Positions 10,975 through 21,146 of a DNA stretch of 64,000 nt are shown in pieces (the first letter of the stretch is position 1; the number at the start of each line of letters is the position of its first letter). Origin of the DNA: an uncultured Nitrospiraceae bacterium. GTDB lineage: Bacteria; Nitrospirota; Thermodesulfovibrionia; Thermodesulfovibrionales; UBA6898. Under the pieces are notes generated by a model. The model searched no databases. It was given only the letters and a program-made list of their open reading frames with translations, and was not told the origin of the DNA. The stretch spans positions 768,001 to 832,000 of the forward strand of contig CAWEQH010000010.1 in assembly GCA_963811165.1 (NCBI GenBank), in the 5' to 3' direction. The position numbers and the translations under genes were made by a program.

Positions 10975-11748
10975 ATGATCCCTTATCCAAATATAGACCC
11001 GGTGATAGTCAGGATAGGTCCTCTTGCCTTCAGATGGTACGGGGTAATGTACCTGATCGGGTTCGCATCGTCCTATCTCCTGGTGCGCCTGCAGATAAAA
11101 AAGAAGGGGCTCGACTTCGGACAGGATTTCGTCGACTCCCTCTATTCCTATCTCATACTCGGCCTGCTTCTGGGCGCGAGGCTGGGATATGTGGTCTTCT
11201 ACGACCTGTCTGAATACATGAGACACCCCCTTGAGATATTCGCCCTTTGGCACGGGGGCATGTCCTTTCATGGGGGCCTCATCGGCAGCATTGTGTCCGG
11301 CATATTCTTCTGCAAAAAATCCAGGGCGGATTACTGGCAGGTCGCCGACCTGGTCGCCGTCACCGCGCCTATAGGGCTCGGCTTCGGGCGGCTCGGGAAT
11401 TTCATTAACGGCGAGCTTTACGGAAGGGTCACGGCTGTGCCCTGGGCAATGGTATTTCCCGGCGGCGGGCCTTTGCCGCGGCACCCTTCCCAGCTTTATG
11501 AGTTTTTCCTTGAAGGCGTCGTTCTTTTCACGGTCCTCTGGCTGCTCAAAGACAGGATTTCAAGGTCGGGTATCCTCACGGCGCTTTTCCTTACACTTTA
11601 CGGGATATTCCGGTTTGTCCTTGAGTTCTTTAGAGAACCGGACGTCCAGCTAGGTTATATATTAGGCCCGTTCACCATGGGGCAGTTATTGTCGGCATCG
11701 ATGGTCGCTGCCGGGGTGCTCCTTCTTTTTATCAGGAAAAACCGCTGA
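10975..11748 (+). CDS. lgt: Prolipoprotein diacylglyceryl transferase
   Basis: RWYG, GARLGY, GGMSFHGG, GRLGNFINGELYG, RHPSQLYE, EFFREPD. Confidence 0.97.
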   Translation: MIPYPNIDPVIVRIGPLAFRWYGVMYLIGFASSYLLVRLQIKKKGLDFGQDFVDSLYSYLILGLLLGARLGYVVFYDLSEYMRHPLEIFALWHGGMSFHGGLIGSIVSGIFFCKKSRADYWQVADLVAVTAPIGLGFGRLGNFINGELYGRVTAVPWAMVFPGGGPLPRHPSQLYEFFLEGVVLFTVLWLLKDRISRSGILTALFLTLYGIFRFVLEFFREPDVQLGYILGPFTMGQLLSASMVAAGVLLLFIRKNR

Positions 11749-11849
11749 TCTCTTCCACTTCCCAACAAAAGCATTCGCACGTTGCCATACTTTGAGTGAC
11801 CACTTTGCAATGGACAGATAGACTTTCTCAAGACTAAAGGGGCGGTGTC

Positions 11850-12154
11850 ATGAAGAAAGCTTTTCCGTTGTCTAAGGTCTATAGCCTGCAAGGTCGGCAA
11901 GTTCGAAGCCTTTCGTCTCACGCCCGCGGCCGCATCCTGCGTCAAAGCCCCCCTTCATTGATGAATGCTATGCCAATCTTGAGTGCAAGGTCGTCGATGC
12001 GCGCATGGTGACAAAATATAATTTCTTCATTCTCGAAGTACTCAAGGCATGGATCGACCCCTCAAAATAAGACCCGCAGACGATACATCATCTCGGCAGA
12101 GGCGCTTTCATGGTTGCCGGCGCGACGATTAAGTTACCTTCAAAGATGAAATAG
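11850..12154 (+). pseudogene. Flavin reductase family remnant (internal deletion, frameshift, nonsense codon)
   Basis: MKKAFPLSKVYSL is joined directly to KVGKFEAFRLTPAAASCVKAPL. After a +1 shift at ~11956 the frame reads IDECYANLECKVVDARMVTKYNFFILEVLKAWIDPSK*(TAA 12068)DPQTIHHLGRGAFMVAGATIKLPSKMK*. Confidence 0.8.
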
Positions 12155-12446
12155 CTTCACCTGATACTGCGCAATACTCCGTGAGATTAATTTATCTCAA
12201 TTACCAAAGAAAACGAGCGGTGGGTCATTTTCCTTATAGGTCGTTATCTGATCCACCGACTACTTCTTACTAGCGCCATTTTGATAGGGCAGCAATTATC
12301 GCTCGAAACCCGAGGTCTCATCGATGGCGGCTGTTAGCACGGTACATATCGAAATACTCATCTGACTTGATCAGCGGAGATTGATGATTGCAGAAAGGTA
12401 GTGCCATATATTCACCATATGCTGCCTTGAAGTATTAAATATTTAT

Positions 12447-15400
12447 ATGATACGATTTTCAGTGATGAATCGGAACCTATCCCCTCTCAAAATTGTTATA
12501 TATTTTACCGCCTTCAGTTTTTTGTGGATAATCTCTTCTGACGTGCTCGTATCCAAAATAACTAAAGACCCTGAGACATATACCAAACTCAGCATCGTTA
12601 AAGGGTGGCTGTACATGTTGCTGACAGCAGCTTTCTTGTACTGGCTTATCGCTTTGTATTCAAAACAGAGAACCCAGTCTGAAATAGCACTTCGTGAAAA
12701 CGAGCAAAGGTTCCGTGTCTTTTTTGAATCTCACGGTTCTGTCATGATGCTGATTGATCCGGATACGGGAGGTATTGTCGATGCAAACAGGGCAGCAGCA
12801 GATTATTACGGCTTTACCCGGGACACGCTCCGCAACATGGCGATCTCAGACATAAACCTGCTACCTCCCGATGAATTAACGACTCAACGCCGTCATGCTG
12901 CTGTTAACCAGTATAATTTATTCGTAGTCCCCCATCTCGTAGCCGGAGGAGAAATCAGGACGGTCGAGGTTCACACAAGTCCAATAGAAGTAAACCAGAA
13001 AAAGTTATTGTTTTCCATAATCCATGACATCACTGAACGAAAACGGGCAGAGATCGCACTGCGTGAGAGAAAGGAACTCCTGCGCACCGTCGTGGAAAAT
13101 ACGCCTGTGGTTCTGTTCGCGCTGGATGTGAAAGGGGTCTTTACCTTATCTGAAGGCAGAGGTCTTGTAGCTCTTGGCCTGAAGCCGGGAGAGGTCGTCG
13201 GCCAGTCCGTCTTTGACGTATATCGCAACTTACCAGCACTACTCGAAGGAGTCCGCCGAGCATTAGACGGGGAGATATTCAGCTTCGAGGCAAAAGTGGC
13301 GGAACTTGTATTTGAAGTCTCTTACCATCCTGTGAGAAACGACTTGCATGAATTGACCGGGACCATCGGTGTGGCTATTGACATTACCGAGCGCAAGGCG
13401 ACCGAGGAGGAGCTGAAAGAATATCAGACAGACTTGGAGGAAATGGTAGCAAAACGTACGGCGGATCTTGAAAAGACCATTTCGCAATTAGAGAGGGAAG
13501 TAAATGAGAGAAAATGCGCGGAAGACGCTTTGGAAGGAAACCGTAAGCTCCTCCACGATGTTTTTGAGAGCATTCAGGACGGAATCGCCGTGCTTGACAC
13601 CGAACATAACATCATCATGGCGAATAGCGCAGCAGAGAGCCTCTTTGGATGCAGCGATCTAATCGGGGTTAAGGCGAAAAAGTGCTTCGAAGTCTGCCCC
13701 TACTCCACGGAACAATGTGGAAACTGCATGTCGGTCAAAGCGATGGAGGAAAAGACCGTCCAGACCGAGACCATTTCATACAAACTCGAGGGGAGCGATG
13801 CCAGATCTGTCGAAATATTCACATTTCCTTTCTACGGAAGGAGGGGGAAAATAAAGGGCGTTATCCAGTACCTGCGGGACATCACAGACCGCAAGCGGGC
13901 CGAGGAGGCGCTGAAAGAAAGCGAAAAGAGATTCAAAAAGCAGCTGGATAACGCACCGATAGCCATATCAATAGTCAACAGAGACGGCACCGTCGAGTAT
14001 GTCAATAGAAAACATCCTGAAATCATGGGGTACGATCTTCGCGATATCCCGACGTTAGAACATTGGTGGTCCCAGGCATATCCTGATGAAACAGATAGGA
14101 CGAGAATCAAGACGGCCTGGCAGGAGCTCTGCCGGCGGGTTTTTCAGGGAGAGCAGATCACAGGTGTGAATCGGAAGGTTGTCTGCAAAGATGGCACAAT
14201 CAAGGAGTTAGAACTGAGCTTCAGGGCTGCTGCTGCGCCAGACAAGATCATCGTCGCTTTTGGTGATATCACCGAGCGCAAGAGGGCGGAAAAAAAGCTG
14301 CGGGATAGTGAACTTCACTATCGGACCCTTTTTGAAAAAGCCTCTGAGGGGATAATATTTATTGACGGCGACGGGACTATCGTAGCTGTGAACGAATCAT
14401 TTGCTCATATGCACGGCTATAGTTGCGAAAAAATCCTGAACATGCATATCAATGACCTGGAGGCCCGAACAGATTTCAAAAAAGATTCAGAAATAACACG
14501 CAGGCTCCTGACTGGTGAATCTGTATTGGTTGAAGTGGAACACTATCATGCAGATGGTCATACTTTTCCCATGGAGGTGTCAATTACATTTACAGAAATA
14601 AACGACAAGCGATGCTTTCTGTGCTTCCACCGTGACATTACGGACCGCAATAAAGTACAGAGGGAATTGCAGGAGAAAGAGGCAAAGATGAGAGCCATGC
14701 TCGAAAGTTTCGATGGTCTCATTTATATCTGCTCAGTGGATTATCGCGTTGAGTTCATGAACGAAAATCTGATCCAGCGGACCGGAAGAAATGCCGTGGG
14801 CGAACGGTGCTATGCAGTTCTGAATGATCGAGACTCGATCTGCCCATGGTGCGTAAATGACAGGATTTCCAGGGAAGAGATCATTCGGTATGAGATTCAG
14901 AGCCCGAAGGATGGGCGATGGTATCACGTAGTGAACACGCCGATTCACTATGGCGGAGGATCCCTTTCAAAACTGACAATGTTCGTGGACATCACGGAGA
15001 GGAAGAAGGCGGATTTAGCGCTTAAGGAGAGCGAAGAGCTATACAGACGGCTTCTTGCTTCGGTCACAGATTATATTTACGCGGTGAGGGTCGAAGACGG
15101 CCGATCCGTTGCCACAAGGCATGGAGATGGTTGCCTTACGGTTACTGGCTATACACCGGAGGAATACCAGACGGATCCTGACCTATGGGATCACATAGTC
15201 TATTGCGCTGACCGTGATTCGGCTACGCAACAGTGGAGAGCTATAACCTCCGGACAGAAGACGGAGCCTCTTGAGTACCGTATCGTCCACCGTAACGGGT
15301 CAATTCGATGGGTGCGTAATACCGTGGTGCCGCGCTTCGACAAACTCGGGAAACTGATGGCTATTGACGGCCTGATTTCCGACATTACCGAGAAGAAGAT

Positions 15401-16106
15401 GCTTGAAGAGAAGCTCAACCTTGCCCGGAAGCTGGAGGAAGAAAACATGAAAAGATTTCCCAGGGTCTTGATTGAGACGCAGGAGGAAGAACGACTGGCC
15501 ATAGCCCGTGAACTCCACGACGAGATAGGTCAGTCCCTGACAGGATTGAAACTCTATGTCGAAAGCATATCAAACTCCATGCTGCCCGATCATGCAGGCG
15601 ATATGAGAGCCATAGAGTCTTCGTTAGGTGAGATGCTCCACATAGTACGGAACATGTCTCTGAATCTGCGTCCGTCGATGCTCGATGATTTCGGGCTTGT
15701 CAGTACCTTGAAGTGGTATTTCGAGCGGTATAAATTGCAGACAGGCATCTCGGTTAACTTTACCCAGACCGTGGCAAATAAACGCTTCAGTCAGAAGAAA
15801 GAGATTTCAATCTATCGCATAACGCAGGAAGCATTGACAAACGCAGCACGCCATGCAGATGTGAAGTGCATCCTCGTGGAACTCATCATTGCACAGGGCA
15901 GGATCACACTCAGTATAACGGACAAAGGCCGGGGATTCGACATTGAGAACACGGGTTATTGCGGTTCCGGGCTGTCGATAATGAGGGAGCGTGCTATACT
16001 TCTCAAGGGAACTTTTTCTCTCAGTTCCTCTCCGGGAAAAGGGACAGAGATTATCGTGACAATTCCACTTCATGATAGGGAAGATGAAAGGGAGGCGGTA
16101 TTATGA
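12447..16106 (+). CDS. Membrane-anchored seven-PAS sensor histidine kinase (HisKA_3, NarX/UhpB-type); true start may be 12462 or 12465
   Basis: Two N-terminal TM segments, seven PAS/PAC units each ending DIT(E/D)(R/K), H-box EEERLAIARELHDEIGQ, QEALTNAARHA, DKGRGF. Confidence 0.93.
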   Translation: MIRFSVMNRNLSPLKIVIYFTAFSFLWIISSDVLVSKITKDPETYTKLSIVKGWLYMLLTAAFLYWLIALYSKQRTQSEIALRENEQRFRVFFESHGSVMMLIDPDTGGIVDANRAAADYYGFTRDTLRNMAISDINLLPPDELTTQRRHAAVNQYNLFVVPHLVAGGEIRTVEVHTSPIEVNQKKLLFSIIHDITERKRAEIALRERKELLRTVVENTPVVLFALDVKGVFTLSEGRGLVALGLKPGEVVGQSVFDVYRNLPALLEGVRRALDGEIFSFEAKVAELVFEVSYHPVRNDLHELTGTIGVAIDITERKATEEELKEYQTDLEEMVAKRTADLEKTISQLEREVNERKCAEDALEGNRKLLHDVFESIQDGIAVLDTEHNIIMANSAAESLFGCSDLIGVKAKKCFEVCPYSTEQCGNCMSVKAMEEKTVQTETISYKLEGSDARSVEIFTFPFYGRRGKIKGVIQYLRDITDRKRAEEALKESEKRFKKQLDNAPIAISIVNRDGTVEYVNRKHPEIMGYDLRDIPTLEHWWSQAYPDETDRTRIKTAWQELCRRVFQGEQITGVNRKVVCKDGTIKELELSFRAAAAPDKIIVAFGDITERKRAEKKLRDSELHYRTLFEKASEGIIFIDGDGTIVAVNESFAHMHGYSCEKILNMHINDLEARTDFKKDSEITRRLLTGESVLVEVEHYHADGHTFPMEVSITFTEINDKRCFLCFHRDITDRNKVQRELQEKEAKMRAMLESFDGLIYICSVDYRVEFMNENLIQRTGRNAVGERCYAVLNDRDSICPWCVNDRISREEIIRYEIQSPKDGRWYHVVNTPIHYGGGSLSKLTMFVDITERKKADLALKESEELYRRLLASVTDYIYAVRVEDGRSVATRHGDGCLTVTGYTPEEYQTDPDLWDHIVYCADRDSATQQWRAITSGQKTEPLEYRIVHRNGSIRWVRNTVVPRFDKLGKLMAIDGLISDITEKKMLEEKLNLARKLEEENMKRFPRVLIETQEEERLAIARELHDEIGQSLTGLKLYVESISNSMLPDHAGDMRAIESSLGEMLHIVRNMSLNLRPSMLDDFGLVSTLKWYFERYKLQTGISVNFTQTVANKRFSQKKEISIYRITQEALTNAARHADVKCILVELIIAQGRITLSITDKGRGFDIENTGYCGSGLSIMRERAILLKGTFSLSSSPGKGTEIIVTIPLHDREDEREAVL

Positions 16107-16750
16107 TAGATATATTTCTCACTGACGACCATGAGATGGTAAGGCAGGGAATAAGTGCCCTGATCGAGAAGGCATCGGACATCCGCGTGATAGGTGAAGC
16201 GGGAAGTGGAAAAGAGACGCTGTCGAAGCTGACCACTTTAAAGCCTGATCTGCTGCTTCTTGACCTTATGCTGCCGGACATGAGCGGTTTGGAGGTTCTC
16301 GAAAATGCAAAAAAGGCGCTCCCGGGGTTGCGCATAATAATTCTCTCCATGTATGACAACAAAGTCCACCTGCGCGAATCCCTGCAACGGGGCGCTAATG
16401 GCTATGTCATAAAAGGCAGTTCGGGCACTGAGTTGCTGAGGGCGATTCGTAGTGTGATGGAGGGCCGCCGTTATGTGAGTTACTCACTCTCTGAATATCT
16501 TATGGAAAACATGGCGGCAAAGCACTCGAGAAACCATACGGACAGCTCCGGTAACCTCACTTCCCGCGAAGAACAGGTGCTTTATCTTACTGCGGAAGGC
16601 CTCAGCAGTTCGGAAATAGCCAGGAGACTGGGGATAAGCTCCCGTACTGTCGAGTCCCATCGCAACAATCTCATGAAAAAACTCGATCTCCACAACAAGA
16701 CGGAATTGATACGTTTTTCAATTAAGCATGGTGTATCAGATAAGGCATAA
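16103..16750 (+). CDS. NarL/LuxR family response regulator
   Basis: Receiver (TDDH, LLDLMLP) plus LuxR HTH (LTSREEQVL..EIARRLGISSRTVESHR). ATGA overlap with the kinase. Confidence 0.95.
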   Translation: MIDIFLTDDHEMVRQGISALIEKASDIRVIGEAGSGKETLSKLTTLKPDLLLLDLMLPDMSGLEVLENAKKALPGLRIIILSMYDNKVHLRESLQRGANGYVIKGSSGTELLRAIRSVMEGRRYVSYSLSEYLMENMAAKHSRNHTDSSGNLTSREEQVLYLTAEGLSSSEIARRLGISSRTVESHRNNLMKKLDLHNKTELIRFSIKHGVSDKA

Positions 16751-16809
16751 CGCACCGTGACATCGACGTACCCCTCTATATTTTTTGAATAACCCTTCCC
16801 GCTAGCAGT

Positions 16810-16854
16810 CTACGTATATTTACGAGTGTTCTACGTAATTTTACGAATTATAAT
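16810..16854 (+). promoter_or_regulatory. Tandem operator-like repeats plus -10 box upstream of the che operon
   Basis: CTACGTATATTTACGA (16810-16825) and CTACGTAATTTTACGA (16831-16846), period 21 bp, each containing CGTA-N4-TACG. TATAAT at 16849-16854. Confidence 0.65.
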
Positions 16855-16913
16855 GCCTGGATCATTCTTCTAAGATGAAACCAGAGTATCTGATTTTTGA
16901 GGGGGTGAGCGTC

Positions 16914-17375
16914 ATGAGATTCGATTATATCAGCTCTTTTGTGGATTCGGCTGAAAATGTGATGGAAGGCATCATATCGTCTGGCATCAGACGAGGAGAG
17001 ATTACCCTGGAGGATTCTCTTTTCGCCCGGGGTATTTCCGCAACGATATTCCTCGTCGGTAGCGTGGATGGCCGCGTGGTCCTGGATCTGGAGCCCTCGG
17101 TAGCAAAAAAAATCGCAGGGTCGATGAATAATGTAGAGTTCGACCGCGTTGATCATCTTGTCCTGGATACAATATGCGAACTGACAAACATCATTATCGG
17201 GAAGGCCGTGACGGCCCTCAACAACAAGGGATTCCGATTCAGGCCTTCTCCACCGTGTTTTTTTATCGGAGAAAAGGTCTACTTCGGTCTTGAGGCCCTG
17301 TCCATCTCACTTTCCACAGAATGGGGAGAGTTGTACATAAAGGCGGCGATCAAGGAACGAACGGGGTTCAATTAG
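16914..17375 (+). CDS. cheX: CheX-like chemotaxis phosphatase
   Basis: CheC/CheX-type pattern (I.LVGSVDGRVVL) with ExxN motif (ELTN). GAGGGGG SD favours ATG 16914. Confidence 0.8.
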   Translation: MRFDYISSFVDSAENVMEGIISSGIRRGEITLEDSLFARGISATIFLVGSVDGRVVLDLEPSVAKKIAGSMNNVEFDRVDHLVLDTICELTNIIIGKAVTALNNKGFRFRPSPPCFFIGEKVYFGLEALSISLSTEWGELYIKAAIKERTGFN

Positions 17376-17433
17376 TAATGGGTAGATTTGTTGAAAAAAG
17401 TCAAGGGCGATCCTAACCTGGAAGGAGGCAAGT

Positions 17434-17898
17434 ATGCTGAAAAAAAATCAGATTGTCAGATTCATGGTAGGAAAAGAATCTTTCGGAGTTGATATCGGAA
17501 GAGTACAGGAGATTGTAACGGTCCCTGAGATAACGAGGGTGCCGGATACTCCGGATTTTGTTGAAGGGATAATCAATCTCAGGGGAAAGATCGTATCTGT
17601 TGTAGATCTCAGGAAAAGGCTGAAGTTCAACTGCACCGGGACAGATAAGAAAAACAGGATCCTCGTTACCGAGATCGAGGGTAAAGTGGTGGGGCTTATT
17701 GTAGACGAAGTGTCTGAGGTGTTGAGGCTGAATCCGGATAATATTGAACCACCTCCGGAACTGGTCAATTCTGTCGGCGCCGAATATATAACGGGTGTCG
17801 GGAAGCTTGTTGACGGGATAATCCTTCTGCTCGATCTTGGTAAAGTGCTCGACCTGGAGGAGATTGCTAAGATTAAAGTCGTTCCGGAGGCCGCATAG
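17434..17898 (+). CDS. cheW: Chemotaxis coupling protein CheW
   Basis: VQEIV, ITRVP, GIINLRG.IVSVVDL, GLIVDEVSEV. Confidence 0.95.
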   Translation: MLKKNQIVRFMVGKESFGVDIGRVQEIVTVPEITRVPDTPDFVEGIINLRGKIVSVVDLRKRLKFNCTGTDKKNRILVTEIEGKVVGLIVDEVSEVLRLNPDNIEPPPELVNSVGAEYITGVGKLVDGIILLLDLGKVLDLEEIAKIKVVPEAA

Positions 17899-18048
17899 GA
17901 TTTTTTGCCGGAAGGAGGATTATTTATGAATATACGAATAAGAAGGGAGCTGCCGCGTTGTCGGGCTTCTTAATGATTGTGAATAAAATGGAGCAGCTGT
18001 AAAGATGGCATGTAATCACCATATTATCAAACCATAGAGGAGGTTGAA

Positions 18049-20292
18049 ATGTTTGAGTTCCTAAAAAAGGATTTAATTGCAAGTAATGAACAATTACAAA
18101 AACGCGTCATGGAACTGGAAGAAGACCTGAATAAGGTAAATCAAAGTAACACTCGATGTGAAGGTATCATTGAGGCTATTGCTGCTCCAATGATTGTTGT
18201 TGACAGAGATCTTTTGATTACCTACGTCAATGAAGCTGCATTAACGGCAATGGGTTACAGACGTGAAGAAGTAGTGGGAAAGATGACCTGTGACCGGTTC
18301 CAAAAGACGCTTATTTGTGGCACAGAAAAATGCACCCTCAAAAAATGTATGCGGACCGGCGAGATAATAATAGGCGAAACAATGGCAGAGACAAAGAATG
18401 GGAAAAAAATACCTATACAGGCAGCCTGTTCAGCCCTTTATGATAAAGATGGTAATGCTTGCGGCGGTATAGAGGTAATAAGCGACCAGACAGATCTTGT
18501 TGGTGCAAAGTGGGAGACAGATAACATCCTTAAATCCATTGCTGCGCCTATGGTTGTTGCAGACAAGGATTTGAAGATTACCTCTGTTAATGATGCTGCA
18601 TTAGTGGTAATGGGCTACAGACGTGAAGAAGTAGTGGGAAAGATGACCTGTGCCCAGTTCCAAAAGACCTTACTCTGTGGTACTGCTAATTGTACTCTTA
18701 AAAAGTGTATGAGCACTGGTGAAGTGGTCATAGGTGAAACTATCGCAGAGACCAGGGGCGGGAATAAATTTCCCATACAGGCGTCATGTTCAGCACTTTT
18801 TGATAAGGATGGCAATGTTCGTGGAGGTATGGAAGTAATCATAGATATATCTGAAGTCAAACATCTCCAGAAAGAGGCCATTGAACAGAGGGAATATCTT
18901 GAGAGACAGGTAGCAATGCTGGTCGAAAAGTTAGAGGCTCTAAGCCTCGGAGATCTCACGGTCAATTTTGTTGCTGAACACAAAGACGAAATCGGAAAAA
19001 TCATAGACAGTTTGAATAAAGTTGTTCTTAGTATCAGAGAGATGGCTAATACCGCGGATGAGATTGCGGAAGGAGACCTGAGGGGGAATGTGACACCGAA
19101 GTCCGACAAGGACATTCTCGGCAACGCCTTCAAAAAGATGGTCGCCGGCCTGAGGGACATAGTCGGCGAGATAAAGATCGGTTCTGAGCAGATAACCGCT
19201 GCCTCGACCCAGATAGCGTCAACCGCCGAGCAGGCATCCAGAAACAATGAGTCGGCAGCCTCTGCAGTAGAGGAGACCACATCAACGATGCACGAGATGT
19301 CCGCAAATATTGGGAATGTGGCAAAAAATACCCAGAGTCAGGCGTCGTCAGTCACAGAGACTTCTGCATCTATCGAGCAGATGGCCGCCTCGACACAGAG
19401 AATAGCGGCTACTGCAAAGCAGCTCGTTGAATTGTCGCAGCAGGCAAAGAAGGCCGTTGAACTTGGACTGGAGTCTGTTGAAAACTCCGTAAAAGGAACG
19501 GACGAGATCAGCAAGGCAATAACCCGTTCAGCGGACAGCATCGGGGCCCTTGGCTCAAGGGCTGAAAATATAGGCAAGATCGTTGATGTCATCGACGATA
19601 TCGCCGAACAGACAAACCTCCTTGCCCTTAATGCCGCGATAGAGGCTGCAAGGGCCGGGGAGCAGGGTCTCGGCTTTGCCGTTGTCGCCGAAGAGGTCAG
19701 AAAGCTTGCGGAGCGTTCGGCGAAGTCAACGAAAGAGATTGCAGAGCTCATAACCGGCATTCAGAAAGAGACACAGGAAGCGGTAAAGTTTATGGACAAA
19801 TCCATCCAAATAGTGGAAAAGGGCGTTGATCTGAGCAAACAGGTAGGCAATTCCCTCAAGAACATAGAAGGCAATGTGGTGGAGGTAGACCGGTACTCAA
19901 GAGAGATAGGCGCTGCAACGCAGGAACAGTCCAGCGGCAGCACGCAGATCGCAAAGGCAGCGGAAAACCTGAGAGAGGTGACCCATGAAATAACGTCCGC
20001 GACCGAGGAGCAGGCTTCAGCCGCCGAGCAGATCGTAAAAACAATGGAGAAGATGAGGGATATGATACACCAGAATGCCTCGGGCACTACAGAGCTTGCC
20101 TCATCAGCCGAACAGTTGAATTCCCAGGCCGAGAGGTTTCAGCAGGTGGTGGGCAAGTTCATGCTTAATGGGTCTGAAAGAGTATCAGTGGCGCGGCCGG
20201 ACTTGCATAAAAAAGAAAGAAGCGCTAAGCAGGATGATGGGAACGGTGATCGCAAGGCGAAATTCGGGCGTGAAACAGTGGCTGTAAGGTGA
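18049..20292 (+). CDS. Soluble methyl-accepting chemotaxis protein with two Cys-rich PAS domains and HAMP
   Basis: No TM segment. Two 120-aa PAS repeats, then HAMP. Signalling tip IAEQTNLLALNAAIEAARAGEQGLGFAVVAEEVRKLAERS. Confidence 0.95.
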   Translation: MFEFLKKDLIASNEQLQKRVMELEEDLNKVNQSNTRCEGIIEAIAAPMIVVDRDLLITYVNEAALTAMGYRREEVVGKMTCDRFQKTLICGTEKCTLKKCMRTGEIIIGETMAETKNGKKIPIQAACSALYDKDGNACGGIEVISDQTDLVGAKWETDNILKSIAAPMVVADKDLKITSVNDAALVVMGYRREEVVGKMTCAQFQKTLLCGTANCTLKKCMSTGEVVIGETIAETRGGNKFPIQASCSALFDKDGNVRGGMEVIIDISEVKHLQKEAIEQREYLERQVAMLVEKLEALSLGDLTVNFVAEHKDEIGKIIDSLNKVVLSIREMANTADEIAEGDLRGNVTPKSDKDILGNAFKKMVAGLRDIVGEIKIGSEQITAASTQIASTAEQASRNNESAASAVEETTSTMHEMSANIGNVAKNTQSQASSVTETSASIEQMAASTQRIAATAKQLVELSQQAKKAVELGLESVENSVKGTDEISKAITRSADSIGALGSRAENIGKIVDVIDDIAEQTNLLALNAAIEAARAGEQGLGFAVVAEEVRKLAERSAKSTKEIAELITGIQKETQEAVKFMDKSIQIVEKGVDLSKQVGNSLKNIEGNVVEVDRYSREIGAATQEQSSGSTQIAKAAENLREVTHEITSATEEQASAAEQIVKTMEKMRDMIHQNASGTTELASSAEQLNSQAERFQQVVGKFMLNGSERVSVARPDLHKKERSAKQDDGNGDRKAKFGRETVAVR

Positions 20293-21146
20293 TTGAGGAA
20301 TTAAGAGGCTCCTATATGACGGACGATGAATTCAAAATCTTTAGGGGACTTATCCACAAGAAATGCGGGATATACCTGAACGATAGCAAAAAGGAATTTC
20401 TCAGGACGAGGGTGGAAAAGAAGCTGAAGGCTCTGAATATCGGGAGTTTCTTTCAATACTATAAGCATATAACCGATAAGGACCATATCGAGTTATGGAG
20501 TTTTATCGATTCCGTCACCATAAACGAGACCTATTTTTTCAGGAACCTGCCGCAGTTCGATATGTTCAGGGAGAAGGTGTTACCTGAGTTAACCGAAAGA
20601 AAACGCAGACTCCGTGATTATAGCCTCACCATCTGGAGCGCCGGCTGCGCGACAGGCGAAGAGCCATATTCAATCGCCATAGAGGTCGCCCAAGCGATAC
20701 CGGACGCTGCGCTCTGGAATGTCAGAATCGTTGCATCCGACATATCCTTACGGTGTCTGGATATCGCGAGCAAGGGGAGGTATTTGCCGGACAAACTGAG
20801 AGACGTGCCCGAAGGATACATGGCGAAATGTTTCAGACAGGCCGGTGAGCACTATGAAGTAAAAGACGGCATCAAGAGACTCGTCATGTTCGACTACCAC
20901 AACCTGATCCACGAGAACGGCCTGGCCAACATCGATATCATATTCTGCAGGAACGTTATGATATATTTTGAAGTTGAAGAACAGAAACAGGTCGTTGCGA
21001 GGTTCGCCAGAGCTTTGAATCCGGAAGGATATCTTTTTCTTGGGCATGCCGAAACGCTTCAGGGCATCACATCGAACGGGGATTTCAAGTTCCACTTCTG
21101 GAACAAGGGCACCGTTTACCAAAAGGTGGGTGACACGCATGAGTGA
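20289..21146 (+). CDS. cheR: Chemotaxis methyltransferase CheR (alternative start ATG 20316)
   Basis: INETYFFR, IWSAGCATGEEPYS, ASDIS, IFCRNVMIYF, LFLGHAE. Confidence 0.95.
   Translation: MIEELRGSYMTDDEFKIFRGLIHKKCGIYLNDSKKEFLRTRVEKKLKALNIGSFFQYYKHITDKDHIELWSFIDSVTINETYFFRNLPQFDMFREKVLPELTERKRRLRDYSLTIWSAGCATGEEPYSIAIEVAQAIPDAALWNVRIVASDISLRCLDIASKGRYLPDKLRDVPEGYMAKCFRQAGEHYEVKDGIKRLVMFDYHNLIHENGLANIDIIFCRNVMIYFEVEEQKQVVARFARALNPEGYLFLGHAETLQGITSNGDFKFHFWNKGTVYQKVGDTHE

Noticed and set aside
21040..21138. Extended CheA N-terminus
   Set aside because: It overlaps cheR. The Hpt domain starts after ATG 21139.
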